Shown: one piece after another, positions 16,968 through 26,690 of the stretch
Layout of the letters: each line of letters starts with the position of its first letter
Position numbering within the stretch: the stretch's first letter is position 1
Assembly (NCBI GenBank): GCA_965220715.1
Contig: CBDCQZ010000002.1
Location: forward strand, 9,332-73,331
Direction: 5' to 3'
Source: Caldilineaceae bacterium
Lineage (GTDB): Bacteria; Chloroflexota; Anaerolineae; Caldilineales; Caldilineaceae
Length of the DNA: 64,000 nt
Translations under genes and position numbers: made by a program
The notes under the pieces: model-generated
The model's database searches: none
What the model saw: only the letters and a program-made list of their open reading frames with translations
Told to the model about the DNA's origin: nothing

Positions 16968-19719
16968 GCTTGTGCGGTTCACTCACCAACCGGCCCCGCG
17001 CCCACGCGCAGACATCGTCCTCATGGGTGAATAGGATCACTTGCGTGGACTCACTCACCGCCAGCAGCGTCTCGAGCAGCTCCTGTTTCCGTCGGCTGTC
17101 GGAAGCGGCCACGGCATCATCAACGATGAGCGGGCAGGCCTGGCTGGCCAGGTGGCGGGCCAGCGCGAAGCGCAACAACAGATAAATCTGCTCGGCTGTT
17201 CCGTGCGAGAGGAGCTCGGCCTGTCGCCAGCGGCCGTCCCTCGTTTCGACCTCGACAGCGAGCTTCTCGGGGTCGACGCGGCAGTCCGTATACCGACCAT
17301 CCGTGACCTTGGGAAGCCACTTTCGCACTATCTTGGCGAGAACCGGGGCAACGGTCCGGTGGACGTTCTCCTCGGCCTTCTCCAAGAAGCTGATCGTCGA
17401 ATTCAGCGTGTCGCCGAGCGACCGAACGCGAGCGTGTGCATCCTTTGCGGCCGCGAGATCCTCTTCCGCTTCCGCCACATCCATCAGCTCCCGAGCGAAC
17501 ACCTCAAGTTGACTCTGCGCGCGGTTGAAGTCGGTACGCGATCTGTCAACCTTGTCTTCGGCGTCCCTGAACTCAGATTCCGTAAGCGGAGCGAGAAGTT
17601 CGGCCGTGTCCTCGATGTCCACCTCGTCCGCCAGAGCGCGAGCTTCAGTGCGCAGGCGTTCCATCTCACCAGCCAGGTCGTCCAGCGAGGACTGGCCAAG
17701 GATCCGCTGCAGTTCCTCCCATTCATCGAGCGCGCCGCCTGCCTTCTCAAGTTCGGCATCGCGATCATCTTGCCAGGAGCGGAGTGCCTCGATCTGTTCA
17801 TCGGGGGAAATCTCCTCAACACCGACGAGCCGCGCGGCTTCTGCCACCGCTTTCTCGGCCGCGGCGACGCCGGCGGCAGCTTTTTTGTGCTCCTCCTCCT
17901 GCCTGCGACGCTCTTCGATCTTAAATAAAAGGGCCGCTCTCTGCTGCTCAGTGGTTGCTTCCTCCGAAGCTTCCAGCTCAAGTCTTGAGAGCGCGGCGGT
18001 AAGCGCATCAGCGTCCGGGCGAGTCGCAGTTACAACCGCCTCGTCACGGGCGGCTGCAGCCTTCTCCGCAAGCTCCTCCAGCGTCCCCTCGCCGAGGACC
18101 TGCTGAAGCTCCACCCAGTCCTTCATCTGCTCGTCGATCTCCGTGAGGCGGTCGGTACGACGCTTTTGCCATTCGAGGAGCGATGCCGCCGCCGCACCTG
18201 GACCGCTCGCCGTGAGCTCTGCCGCCAAAGCTGCCTCTTGTACATTGTCGGCAGCCTCCCGAGCTCGCTGCGTATCCTCCTCCAAACGCCGATCAGCATG
18301 CTCCCGCGCCGCGATAAGTTCCCGGATGTGCGCCCGACTCTCCTCCAATGCCTGTCTTCTCTCTGGTTGCACTGATGGGTCACGACGCCCAACGCCGAAC
18401 AGTCGCAAAAAGGCCGCGAAGAACGTGCGCATGACGCGCAGGAGCGTAGCCAACAAGCCGCCGCGAACATCCCCCTCTTGATGTCTGGCGGACTCTCCTG
18501 CACCTTCCAGTTGAGCCTCGACACGGGCAAGATCTTCTTCTAGCTCGTCCACTGTTTGGCCGGGCGACACCTGGACGTCGGGACGCGACGCCCAGGCGCT
18601 GAGGGCGCTGTCAATGCGCCGTTCGAGTTGATCGTCCTCGCTCGGGCGAGGCGGCCGCCCATGCGGAAAACGTTCGTCCAGTTCCCGTGCCCGCTCCAGC
18701 CGCTTCTCGACTTCCCTCGCCGTTCGCTCGGCGTTCACGGCGAAGTGAAGGTTGGCCTCGGCCAGCCGCGCTTCGAGGGCCGGTATTGTCTCTCCCTCCG
18801 GCTCGCGGACGCTCGGACGCTGTTCCCACGCGGCGAGAGCGCTGACGACCTGTCGAACAATGTTGTCATCCTCGCTCGGACGTCTGGGCGCTCCGCCAGG
18901 GAAGTTGGCGTTCAGCTCCCGCGCTCGGCGGAGCCGCGCAGCGGCCTCCTCCTCCTCCTCCTTCTTACTCGCCGCGCGCGCAACACCGAGTCTCCGCTCC
19001 GCATCGCGAGCCTCCTGATCGAGTTTGTCCACCTCCACCCAACGGGTCAGGTATGCCTCGTGCGCGGCCTGCGCCTCTTGCAGTTGCCTTTCGGCGCTCT
19101 GGACTTTCTCCTCTGTAACCCTAAGCGGTTTGGTCCACGCCTGCGTGCTGCCGACAAAGTCGGCGTGGAAGTCGCGTAGCCGAACGAGAGCCTCTGACGC
19201 CGTGCCATCGCGGTCGGTGGTATCGGCGGCGCGTTGCAGTGCATCCTGAAGCGTGTTCGGAGGGCTGAGCAGCTCAAGGATCTCGGCTTGGCGGATGCAG
19301 GCGGTCATGATGAACGAGCGCCGGTCGAGCCCGAGCCACTGCGCGCCGTCGGGCGCGCCCTCGAACATGATCTCGTTTGTGTAATCGCGCCCAGCGATTT
19401 CAACGTCGCTGGCGCTGCTGTTCACGCGTCCTGCGAGGTCGTGGCGCAATTCGACGCGTCTTTCGTCGTCCAGCTTAATGATGGCGCCGACATCCCAGGA
19501 GGTGTCGCCGTCCCATGGCCTGTACCGTTCGACAAACTTCGCGACCTTATCCTTTCTGCGGTCGCGCCGCCTCCCGCAGAGGCCGGCGTAGAGCGCGGCG
19601 TGCCACGACGACTTCCCAGCCTCGTTCGGGCCGTACACGACGTTCATGCCAGGCGAGAGTTCTAGCGTCTCGTCCCTGAACGGTCCAAATGCGTGCGCTT
19701 TCACGGACTCGAATCGCAT
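16939..19719 (-). CDS. SbcC/Rad50-like ATPase with a long coiled coil
   Basis: N-terminal FGPF...LSPGMNVVYGPNEAGKSS Walker A. Roughly 700 aa of heptad-rich sequence with an internal approximate duplication. C-terminal LSHGTAEQIYLLLRFAL signature and CPLIVDDA Walker B. Confidence 0.85.
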   Translation of the reverse strand: MRFESVKAHAFGPFRDETLELSPGMNVVYGPNEAGKSSWHAALYAGLCGRRRDRRKDKVAKFVERYRPWDGDTSWDVGAIIKLDDERRVELRHDLAGRVNSSASDVEIAGRDYTNEIMFEGAPDGAQWLGLDRRSFIMTACIRQAEILELLSPPNTLQDALQRAADTTDRDGTASEALVRLRDFHADFVGSTQAWTKPLRVTEEKVQSAERQLQEAQAAHEAYLTRWVEVDKLDQEARDAERRLGVARAASKKEEEEEAAARLRRARELNANFPGGAPRRPSEDDNIVRQVVSALAAWEQRPSVREPEGETIPALEARLAEANLHFAVNAERTAREVEKRLERARELDERFPHGRPPRPSEDDQLERRIDSALSAWASRPDVQVSPGQTVDELEEDLARVEAQLEGAGESARHQEGDVRGGLLATLLRVMRTFFAAFLRLFGVGRRDPSVQPERRQALEESRAHIRELIAAREHADRRLEEDTQRAREAADNVQEAALAAELTASGPGAAAASLLEWQKRRTDRLTEIDEQMKDWVELQQVLGEGTLEELAEKAAAARDEAVVTATRPDADALTAALSRLELEASEEATTEQQRAALLFKIEERRRQEEEHKKAAAGVAAAEKAVAEAARLVGVEEISPDEQIEALRSWQDDRDAELEKAGGALDEWEELQRILGQSSLDDLAGEMERLRTEARALADEVDIEDTAELLAPLTESEFRDAEDKVDRSRTDFNRAQSQLEVFARELMDVAEAEEDLAAAKDAHARVRSLGDTLNSTISFLEKAEENVHRTVAPVLAKIVRKWLPKVTDGRYTDCRVDPEKLAVEVETRDGRWRQAELLSHGTAEQIYLLLRFALARHLASQACPLIVDDAVAASDSRRKQELLETLLAVSESTQVILFTHEDDVCAWARGRLVSEPHKLIELDGPER

Positions 19720-20828
19720 CAGATAACCTCCAGATCGGTGCGACCTTCCAATGCCCGCAGACCGGTGACCACCACCCGCTGCTTCTCTTCCTCGGCAAGG
19801 TTGGAGTCGAACACATCACGGACGAACTGACCCCGGACCGTAGGCTCCTGGCTGATCGACGCCAAGTTGTAGGTCGGGCGAAGGTCGCCAAACACGATCT
19901 TCATGGCCTCGAAATTGCTCAGTCTGTCGCGCAGGTCGCTTTCGTGGATGTCGATGGTCGAGGCGATCTCGCCCCTCACAGTCAGGCGGACGAATCCTGA
20001 GAGGGATGAAGCCTTCGCCTCAAGCCGGTCGAGAATCTGCTGTTGGGTCGTCAACCCCGTGACATCAAGTTCCAGGTCGTGCGCTTCGGTCACCGCGACC
20101 CGATGGCGCGCGCGCGCGACGCGTCCATCCGGGCTGATGGTCGCAACGACGGCGCCGCGTTCGCCATTCTCGTCGAAGGCCAGCGGGTCGGGATTACCAG
20201 GATAGGTGTGAGACTTCGCATCCTTGGGACGGTGATAGTGACCGAGAAAGGCGTGGGCGATCCCTGCCTCCTCGATTTCACTGGCGTCAAATGCAGCGTG
20301 CGCTTGCTTCCCGGTGTCTTGCTCACCGAACCACGAACGCTCCGCGCCGTGGAACAAGGCGATGTGGATGCCTGACCGTTCCACGGGGAATCCGTTGAGA
20401 AAACCGTCAGTATTGGCTGGTCCCAAGTGGGCTGCCCCCCATAGCCACAGGCCGTTATTCAACTCAACCCGGCGGAGGACCGCTTCCCGGAAGACATGGA
20501 CGTTCTCACTCCAAGCTACCTGTGCGTACAGGCTTTGCGGCCCGTACCAATCATGATTCCCCGGCGCGATGTAGATGGGAAGCGGGGCGAGCCCGGCAAA
20601 CGTGTCCCTTAGAAATTCTGCGGTGTCAAGTCTGAAGTAATCATGCTCGTAGAGGTCGCCACCACAGAAGAGCGCATCGGCGTTCACCTTGCGTGTCAGA
20701 TCGACGATGCGCACTAGGGTGTCGCGAAGCGCCTGTCGACGTTGCCTGGCTGCCTCTCCTGTTGCGCCGGCCCAAGCGAATGGGGAGTCCAGATGAAGAT
20801 CAGAGAAATGAACTATTTTCATGAGCAA
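19719..20828 (-). CDS. SbcD/Mre11-like metallophosphoesterase nuclease
   Basis: MKIVHFSDLHLD, GGDLYEH, APGNHD and GHYH motifs. The stop overlaps the SbcC-like ATG by 1 nt (TGATG). Confidence 0.85.
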   Translation of the reverse strand: MLMKIVHFSDLHLDSPFAWAGATGEAARQRRQALRDTLVRIVDLTRKVNADALFCGGDLYEHDYFRLDTAEFLRDTFAGLAPLPIYIAPGNHDWYGPQSLYAQVAWSENVHVFREAVLRRVELNNGLWLWGAAHLGPANTDGFLNGFPVERSGIHIALFHGAERSWFGEQDTGKQAHAAFDASEIEEAGIAHAFLGHYHRPKDAKSHTYPGNPDPLAFDENGERGAVVATISPDGRVARARHRVAVTEAHDLELDVTGLTTQQQILDRLEAKASSLSGFVRLTVRGEIASTIDIHESDLRDRLSNFEAMKIVFGDLRPTYNLASISQEPTVRGQFVRDVFDSNLAEEEKQRVVVTGLRALEGRTDLEVI

Positions 20829-20982
20829 CAGCCCCTTCTACGGAATTCTCTATTGCGATGATCGGCTCCAGCACTGCCTTCGAAAAGATAGCTGACGTTG
20901 ATCACGCGAGCATCGGGAAGCGGCGTGAAGGCGCCTTCCTTCGCTATGGCAAAGAGAAGCCCCATAACGAGTGGATCAGACG

Positions 20983-21273
20983 CTAGAGCTCGCAATGCAC
21001 TGATTGCATCTGCGAGTCACCCTGGACATAGCCGGGGCGGACGTTGGCGAAGGTAGACTGGCATACTCGCAACGATTCCATTTTCGCCACATCCCACAGG
21101 CGCCACCCCAATTGTCCACTTGAACTTTGTCCGTCGGTTTGGTAGCCTCGTACAACTTCCTTGCCTGTCGGGGATGTCCCGTGGGCATGAGGCTCGATCT
21201 CGCGCGGAAAGCCATCGTAGTTGAACGCTAGATGGTGCTTGTTCTTAATCGCCTCGCAAATCCGTCGATCCAT
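20983..21273 (-). CDS. small conserved-looking protein downstream of the OLD nuclease (possible SH3/WYL-like beta fold)
   Basis: 96-aa ORF 74 nt downstream of the OLD gene on the same strand. Pattern ...LAFNYDGFPREIEPHAHG...GYQTDGQSSSGQLGWRLWDVAKMESL. The fold assignment is a guess. Confidence 0.4.
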   Translation of the reverse strand: MDRRICEAIKNKHHLAFNYDGFPREIEPHAHGTSPTGKEVVRGYQTDGQSSSGQLGWRLWDVAKMESLRVCQSTFANVRPGYVQGDSQMQSVHCEL

Positions 21274-21346
21274 GATGTCCTCCCTGCATTTAAAAATGGA
21301 ACAATCTTAGCCAGCCGCTTACGGCCTGAAGGTATCATGGGCACAC

Positions 21347-23317
21347 CTAGGGCTGGCTCTTAAGGGCAAAAATACTCTCGACGATGCGCTCCAGTGACCT
21401 GCTGGTCTTGCCGCTCAGCGCAGCCTTGTCGATTACGTATTCAAGAATCGCTGGATTCTTGAGTGCATGTTTCTTCTTGCCTATGCCGAATTCTTGCTGA
21501 GCTTCCGACAACCACTGGGTGAAGGATTCCTTGCCTATTTCATCCTCCAAAGTCTTTTCTAAATTGACTTTGAAGCAAGCGGATGAGTCGGCAACAAAGT
21601 GAGGCCAGTCCTGCTCGGGCTTGCATAGAAGCCGGAGCAGGTACCTGTTATCTTCGGGTTTTGCATTATTTTCGCCACAGTCTCCGTCCCATACTACATA
21701 CACCGATATGCCCAATTGCCTAAGAATGACAAGGGGACGATCTATGCTGGATTTTCCGGAGCAGGGTATGACAGCAATCCCCAGACTATCAAGATCGCAC
21801 TTCTTTAATCTTGCGAAACCCAGGATTGCCGCACGGTCATCTTCACCTTCAACCAATACGACCACATCAGCAAAAAATCCTTCTCCCATCCAAGGGGTCA
21901 TCATGGATTGGAGACGAGGTTTGAGCGTCTCTGCTGTGAACCTCTCGCCCTGTCTATCGCTCGCATGCCACAGTTCACTAGCCACAGCTCCCATATCGGC
22001 TCTTTTGAGATGAGTAGTCCTGGGTCTACCATCTTTCCGGGACACCTTGCGTAGGACCCGAATTTGGTCGAAACGATCTAGACCAACGAATAACGGAGAA
22101 TGCGTAGCGTAGATGACTTGTGTGTTTTCGACCACGCCGGGAATTGCACCCGCCGCAAGGTTTAGCAGGACTGAAGCCAAGTGGCGTTGACGACTAGGGT
22201 GCTGATATAGTTCTGGTTCCTCAATTGCCAGAATTAGGTTCGGAAGCTGGAAATTGATAGCTCCTGCGTCTGATTCAGCTCCTTCTGAGGCTCCATCCTC
22301 TGGCACCGGCTCCACGTATCTGACCGCATCAAGATGCTGTAGCATTGTAATGATGAATGCGCGTTGGAGACCATGCCCGGTCCTTTCTACTCTCGATTCG
22401 TAATCATCTTCCATAAGCTTGACTTCCGCTTGTGGCATAGGAATTGAAATGTCCGGCAGTTCAGACCATTGCAAGAGAACCTTGGCATCCGGGACATATG
22501 ATTGAAGTGTCCGAGATAAGTCATGCGATAGGTTGTCTAGTTCAGAGAGATTCATGGGGTTCATGATTGCCCTATATTGGTCTTGTGTACGCTGTCTGAA
22601 ATCTTCAACATTTTTTCGCTTCGCGAGGGCACTTCTCACTACTAGATCCATTAACTCTGTGACTGATGAACCTCTTCTCTCAGTTGCATCTTCCAGTGCA
22701 TCTCTCACAGCTGGGACGTGAATGAACTTAGTGTATCGCCCAAGATAACCTTGACCTACCTGCGTGAATCCAAAGAATTGGCCTTCATCCCTTAGTGGTT
22801 TGCAATGTTCTGGGTTCTGCGTTTCCCAGATAACTAACTCTCTTCGCACGGCATCCGCCGAATTGACGGAAGGCAATGATGCGTACTTTTCCTTCTTCCT
22901 AATTTCGTCATATTTTTTTCTGATAGCCATGGCGGCGGGGCCAGCGTTCCTAATGATAACGAAATCCGGATTCTGAAGGCGCATTCCGTGGTAGCTGCTT
23001 GACCTTCCCGACTGGGGATCAGAAAAAATCCGAACAACTGTTAGCCTGTCATTGTCGATGTAGGCTGAGAAAAAGTCTTTTGCCTCTGCATTGAGGTCGG
23101 TGTAGGTGACCGCGATCTCGATATCCTGAGTCACGTCTTCAGCATAGAAGTCCTCTGGAGTCACTCTGGCCGTTGGGTTGTAAAACAGTTCTAATGCGCT
23201 CAAGAACGAAGATTTCCCTGAACCATTGCGGCCCACTAATGCTGTGAGAGAATCGCATGGCAGTGATTCATTCAAGATAGAGCGGAAGTTTTTCACTTGG
23301 ACGTTCTGAATCAGCAT
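21347..23317 (-). CDS. OLD-family nuclease (N-terminal ABC-like ATPase plus C-terminal TOPRIM)
   Basis: MLIQNVQVKNFRSI...LVGRNGSGKSS Walker A. ILAIEEPELYQHP Walker B. ATHSP. TOPRIM signature DVVVLVEGEDDRAAI ... VVWDGD. Visibly AT-richer than the flanks. Confidence 0.85.
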   Translation of the reverse strand: MLIQNVQVKNFRSILNESLPCDSLTALVGRNGSGKSSFLSALELFYNPTARVTPEDFYAEDVTQDIEIAVTYTDLNAEAKDFFSAYIDNDRLTVVRIFSDPQSGRSSSYHGMRLQNPDFVIIRNAGPAAMAIRKKYDEIRKKEKYASLPSVNSADAVRRELVIWETQNPEHCKPLRDEGQFFGFTQVGQGYLGRYTKFIHVPAVRDALEDATERRGSSVTELMDLVVRSALAKRKNVEDFRQRTQDQYRAIMNPMNLSELDNLSHDLSRTLQSYVPDAKVLLQWSELPDISIPMPQAEVKLMEDDYESRVERTGHGLQRAFIITMLQHLDAVRYVEPVPEDGASEGAESDAGAINFQLPNLILAIEEPELYQHPSRQRHLASVLLNLAAGAIPGVVENTQVIYATHSPLFVGLDRFDQIRVLRKVSRKDGRPRTTHLKRADMGAVASELWHASDRQGERFTAETLKPRLQSMMTPWMGEGFFADVVVLVEGEDDRAAILGFARLKKCDLDSLGIAVIPCSGKSSIDRPLVILRQLGISVYVVWDGDCGENNAKPEDNRYLLRLLCKPEQDWPHFVADSSACFKVNLEKTLEDEIGKESFTQWLSEAQQEFGIGKKKHALKNPAILEYVIDKAALSGKTSRSLERIVESIFALKSQP

Positions 23318-23410
23318 GGCTGCACTCTCTTATCCCAAAGTGGCGGCTGGCGAAGCTGAGCGGGTGGATTCTATGGCAAGGTTCCCTGTAATGCGTATCA
23401 CTTGAGGGCC

Positions 23411-24253
23411 TCACAATCGCCCCATGGAACGGAGAAGCTCCTGCGCGTAACCGACCACGTCCGCCTGTACGTTCTCGTCAAGCTCTTGAGTTATGAACCG
23501 TGCCGTCCCTATCGGTCCAAGCCCATCGTGATGGCAGAAGTCTCTCTCAATCACGGACAGTGCGTCGTCGATGCAGGTGTCAGGCTGGAGAGGAACCAGG
23601 CTCTCTGCAACACCGGGGACGCCAAGCCCGCTCCATACGTAGAAGAGGTCGTAGGCGTCCTTGTTTTCTGCCCTGTTCCCAAAGGCAAGCGCCTTGAGCA
23701 CGGTAAAGGCGCCTGGGCCGCATACCGGAATATCCCGGGTAGCCCATGCACCGGAAGGAATGCGGCCGGACAGCTCTTTCCAGCGTCGGTCTTTGAATGC
23801 CAGTTCGAGACCTGGCGTGATTATCGCGGCCAGATCAGATTCGAAATGTCGAAGTTCACCCCCCTTATCCCTCTCCGCGATGGGAGGAATCAGAAAGTCT
23901 ACGGTTACAAGATGGGGCGCGCCTGCAGTCCAGGTCTGCAATCTCCTGTTGCCCTGGTCATTGACTTCCGGCTCGAAGCCCGCGTCCCGTAACCTGCGCC
24001 CCAGCTCTCGATAGCGCTCGCAGTTCAGAATGGCCAGCGCCAGGCCCATGTCCAGGTCCATCGTGCCCGCGTGAGGTCCCAAGCCCGGCGGCAAATTTTC
24101 CTGGTCAACAAGGAGATATGGAACCAGTCCGCCAACCACAACGATTTCATCAAGCAGATCGCCCAGCCTGGTCGCCATGTAGAGACATGTCCGGTGGACA
24201 AAGCCCAACTGCTCGATGCCGTACCCGTCTCTTGTCGATGGCTTAGCGATCAT
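23411..24253 (-). CDS. nucleotidyltransferase, AbiEii/AbiGii-toxin-like
   Basis: VVGGLVPYLL...GTMDLDMGLAL (NTase-like G..D.D) and KDAYDLFYV motifs. The preferred ATG at 24253 overlaps the upstream gene by 11 nt. Confidence 0.5.
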   Translation of the reverse strand: MIAKPSTRDGYGIEQLGFVHRTCLYMATRLGDLLDEIVVVGGLVPYLLVDQENLPPGLGPHAGTMDLDMGLALAILNCERYRELGRRLRDAGFEPEVNDQGNRRLQTWTAGAPHLVTVDFLIPPIAERDKGGELRHFESDLAAIITPGLELAFKDRRWKELSGRIPSGAWATRDIPVCGPGAFTVLKALAFGNRAENKDAYDLFYVWSGLGVPGVAESLVPLQPDTCIDDALSVIERDFCHHDGLGPIGTARFITQELDENVQADVVGYAQELLRSMGRL

Positions 24254-25454
24254 CGTTGCCCCGCAAGAGGAGCCGCCTCCGCAGCGCATCGGCGGCTTCC
24301 GCCGCCCTTTCGGGATGGTCCTTCAGGTCGACATAGGCCTGCACAGGATGGACGCAGCGAATCCCGTCGACAAGTACAACGCCGTCGAATACGCCCTCGT
24401 CGTTGGGCACAACCAGCCACGTGTTGGCTCCCCTGGCTTCTTCACGGAAACCGAGTTCCTTCTTCAACCCAGCCGACGGCGAGCTTGAGAGGTACACAGT
24501 CGCAAGGCGGAATCCCGCGTAGCGTGTCCACAGCCACGCCGCGGGGAGCGCAGTCGCTGCGTAGGGCTCCGCAATCCTCGACAAGATTTCGGATATGGCC
24601 TGAATCAGCAGATCGCCTCCCCGGGACGCAATGTGGCCTCGAATAACGTGATGCCGGTCAAACCTGTACTCATCCCGCCAAGCAGCGAGCAGCACGCTCG
24701 TGTCAGTGACACTGATGCCGTCCTCTCCTCGATTGACAAGGCCGGCCTCCAGGAGCTTGCCGACGATGCGGCTCGTATGTCCCTCATCCAGACCGGTGCA
24801 GGAGGCCAGGCTGCGCTGCCTTACCGGTTTGGTGGGTTCCATAAGCAGCCGTCGCGTTATCCGCGCGCCCTTTGGTCCGAATGCGCTCTCCGGTCGTCCT
24901 ACGCGGCGGAAGCGGTTGGGATTGCCCAGGTTCTGATAGAATATACCGGGCGCATTGATGCGCGCGTTTCCTGAGAGATCCAGCCAAGGCAGTTTGGCCC
25001 GCGCGCACAATTTCTGCGCCGCTTCTCCCATGTAAGGGACTGCCAGCAGCGGAATTACTTCATGAGGGAAGCTATGCTTGGCCATCTCCAGTTGGCGGAT
25101 CGCGGCAGCGACATGGCCAGGGGATCCTGAACGCTTCCATTCCAATACAAAGGAAAGATCTCTGGCAGCGAAGAGCGCGTCCCATTGCCGGCCGTCACTG
25201 CTGCGTACAGCAATGTGAGTATCCTCAGCGAACTCGAGATCACCAAGAATCTCGGCGAGACGATCTGCCGCCTGCCGGATAGCGATGGCTTCGCGTGGAA
25301 TTTGCATACTTGCTTTTATACCATTACTTGCGGAAATGCGCAAGTAATGGTGTTTACGCAAATCTTGGCCGTTGTAGACATCTGCCCGGGAAAGCGGTAA
25401 GTTGCCTGGCGTAGAGGTATGGCGGCCAGTGTTATGCCATTGGCTGTTGCTCAT
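24243..25454 (-). CDS. AbiEi-like wHTH antitoxin/regulator with an extra N-terminal domain
   Basis: Central wHTH (RQRSLASCTGLDEGHTSRIVGKLLEAGLV). C-terminal VDGIRCVHPVQAYVDLKDHPERAAEAADAL resembles AbiEi C-termini. The N-terminal roughly 190 aa (DALFAARDLSFVLEWKRSG...) is unassigned. Confidence 0.5.
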   Translation of the reverse strand: MSNSQWHNTGRHTSTPGNLPLSRADVYNGQDLRKHHYLRISASNGIKASMQIPREAIAIRQAADRLAEILGDLEFAEDTHIAVRSSDGRQWDALFAARDLSFVLEWKRSGSPGHVAAAIRQLEMAKHSFPHEVIPLLAVPYMGEAAQKLCARAKLPWLDLSGNARINAPGIFYQNLGNPNRFRRVGRPESAFGPKGARITRRLLMEPTKPVRQRSLASCTGLDEGHTSRIVGKLLEAGLVNRGEDGISVTDTSVLLAAWRDEYRFDRHHVIRGHIASRGGDLLIQAISEILSRIAEPYAATALPAAWLWTRYAGFRLATVYLSSSPSAGLKKELGFREEARGANTWLVVPNDEGVFDGVVLVDGIRCVHPVQAYVDLKDHPERAAEAADALRRRLLLRGNDDR

Positions 25455-25707
25455 GATCGGGTGGCAGGTCTTCGAGTTTGCTCATGTCGCGATTCCTGTA
25501 AGATGAGCGCGCTCGTCTGCTCCGCATTCCCGTGCCCATTGGGAAGCGTCGCGCGCAACTGCCTGTCGCATTCGTTGTGCGCCGAATGAGCGATGACTAC
25601 CCAGACATTGGCGCAGCCAGTGCCATTCACGACGCCCTGGTTTACGCGTTTGGTGGCGTGGCGACAACGCAATTTGAGCCGAGGGGATGCTTCTTTGGCC
25701 CTACCGA

Positions 25708-26109
25708 TTAGGAACGGGGTGGAGCGATGATTTCACAAATGGGGCCGCTGGCGCGGCTGAGCTTGCGGTCGAGCGTCACCAGTGGACAATCCAGAGCCTC
25801 TGCCAGCGCAACGTACCATGCGTCGTAGCTGGTCAGGTTGCCGCGCAACGCCCATATCCGCTCAGCGAAAGGCGCGAAGGGAAACAACTCTATGTCCAGC
25901 CGCAGCAGGTCTCGATGAGCGCTGGTGGCTTCTATACGCGATATCTTCTCACCCAGCTCCAGCCGGCGCAGGATGTTGCTGGCCTCGACGAGAACCAACT
26001 CCGGCCCGGCCAGGTCGCCTTCGGCAAATGTAGCTTCCGCCCACTTGCCCTCGTCGCCCGAATCGACCAGTATCGCGACCAACACGGATGCGTCAACGAC
26101 TGTCGTCAC
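25708..26109 (-). CDS. vapC: PIN-domain toxin VapC
   Basis: MTTVVDASVLVAIL... acidic PIN residues. 133 aa. 4-nt overlap with the upstream antitoxin. Confidence 0.85.
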   Translation of the reverse strand: MTTVVDASVLVAILVDSGDEGKWAEATFAEGDLAGPELVLVEASNILRRLELGEKISRIEATSAHRDLLRLDIELFPFAPFAERIWALRGNLTSYDAWYVALAEALDCPLVTLDRKLSRASGPICEIIAPPRS

Positions 26110-26342
26110 GTTCGATCCGCGTCACGGGCGCGCAGGATATGGTCCGGTTCTACCCGTGTTTCCGCCACTGCCTTCCGCTCGCGAATGCTTTGCAGCCATG
26201 CGGCTATGGAGGGACGCGACGCGATACGCTCCAACTCGCAACGCAAGAACTCTTGCATCGACTGGCGTTGGCGCGCGGCGCGCACGGCGAGCTCATCACG
26301 CACTTCTTCAGGAACATCCCTTATCGTAATCTGTACAGGCAT
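26106..26342 (-). CDS. vapB: VapB/FitA-type ribbon-helix-helix antitoxin
   Basis: MPVQITIRDVPEEVRDELAVRAARQRQSMQEFL, the typical RHH antitoxin N-terminus. Coupled to vapC. Confidence 0.8.
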   Translation of the reverse strand: MPVQITIRDVPEEVRDELAVRAARQRQSMQEFLRCELERIASRPSIAAWLQSIRERKAVAETRVEPDHILRARDADRT

Positions 26343-26543
26343 GACCGCATTATGCCATCAACGATGGCGTTTTGCAATAGCCATCACTCTTGGGGAACTG
26401 TCCATGCGGCTTGATAAGCGCGCAGAGGGCTGGCCGCTTGCGTGTTATTGCCCCTTCGGATCGGGACCGCTCCTCTAATCAATCACGAGGTTCCCGGACT
26501 TCGCTTGGGACGCACACCGTGTTGTACGGATCTGGTCCAACCG

Positions 26544-26690
26544 TCACGCGAGCCATTTCGCCGCGCGCCCCGCCTTCTCCGCCCGCGTGTAGACTTCGAC
26601 CATGCGTGCCGTCTTCCAGTGCCCCTGCGCCATGATTCCATGCGCTGGCGCACCGGCCACCTTGATGCGGTAGGAGAGCGCCACGATCGA
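26544..26690 (-). pseudogene. 3-prime remnant of a tyrosine recombinase gene (last roughly 40 codons including the catalytic Tyr)
   Basis: The reverse strand translates to ...KVAGAPAHGIMAQGHWKTARMVEVYTRAEKAGRAAKWLA*. The intact integrase at 32364 reads AAGAPTHEIMAQGRWKTARMVEVYTRAEEAGRAAKWLA*. There is no upstream catalytic domain. Confidence 0.85.

Noticed and set aside
16401-16982. 193-aa minus-strand ORF opposite the solute-binding fragment.
   Set aside because: No recognisable motifs. The plus-strand frame carries a signal peptide and family-like residues.
17041-19179. Plus-strand ORFs of 190-295 aa inside the SbcC-like gene.
   Set aside because: They are antisense shadows of a coiled-coil gene, with Ser/Ala/Arg-rich low-complexity sequence.
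25687-26478. 263-aa plus-strand ORF spanning the VapBC locus.
   Set aside because: It is antisense to two well-supported, translationally coupled TA genes and has no motifs.
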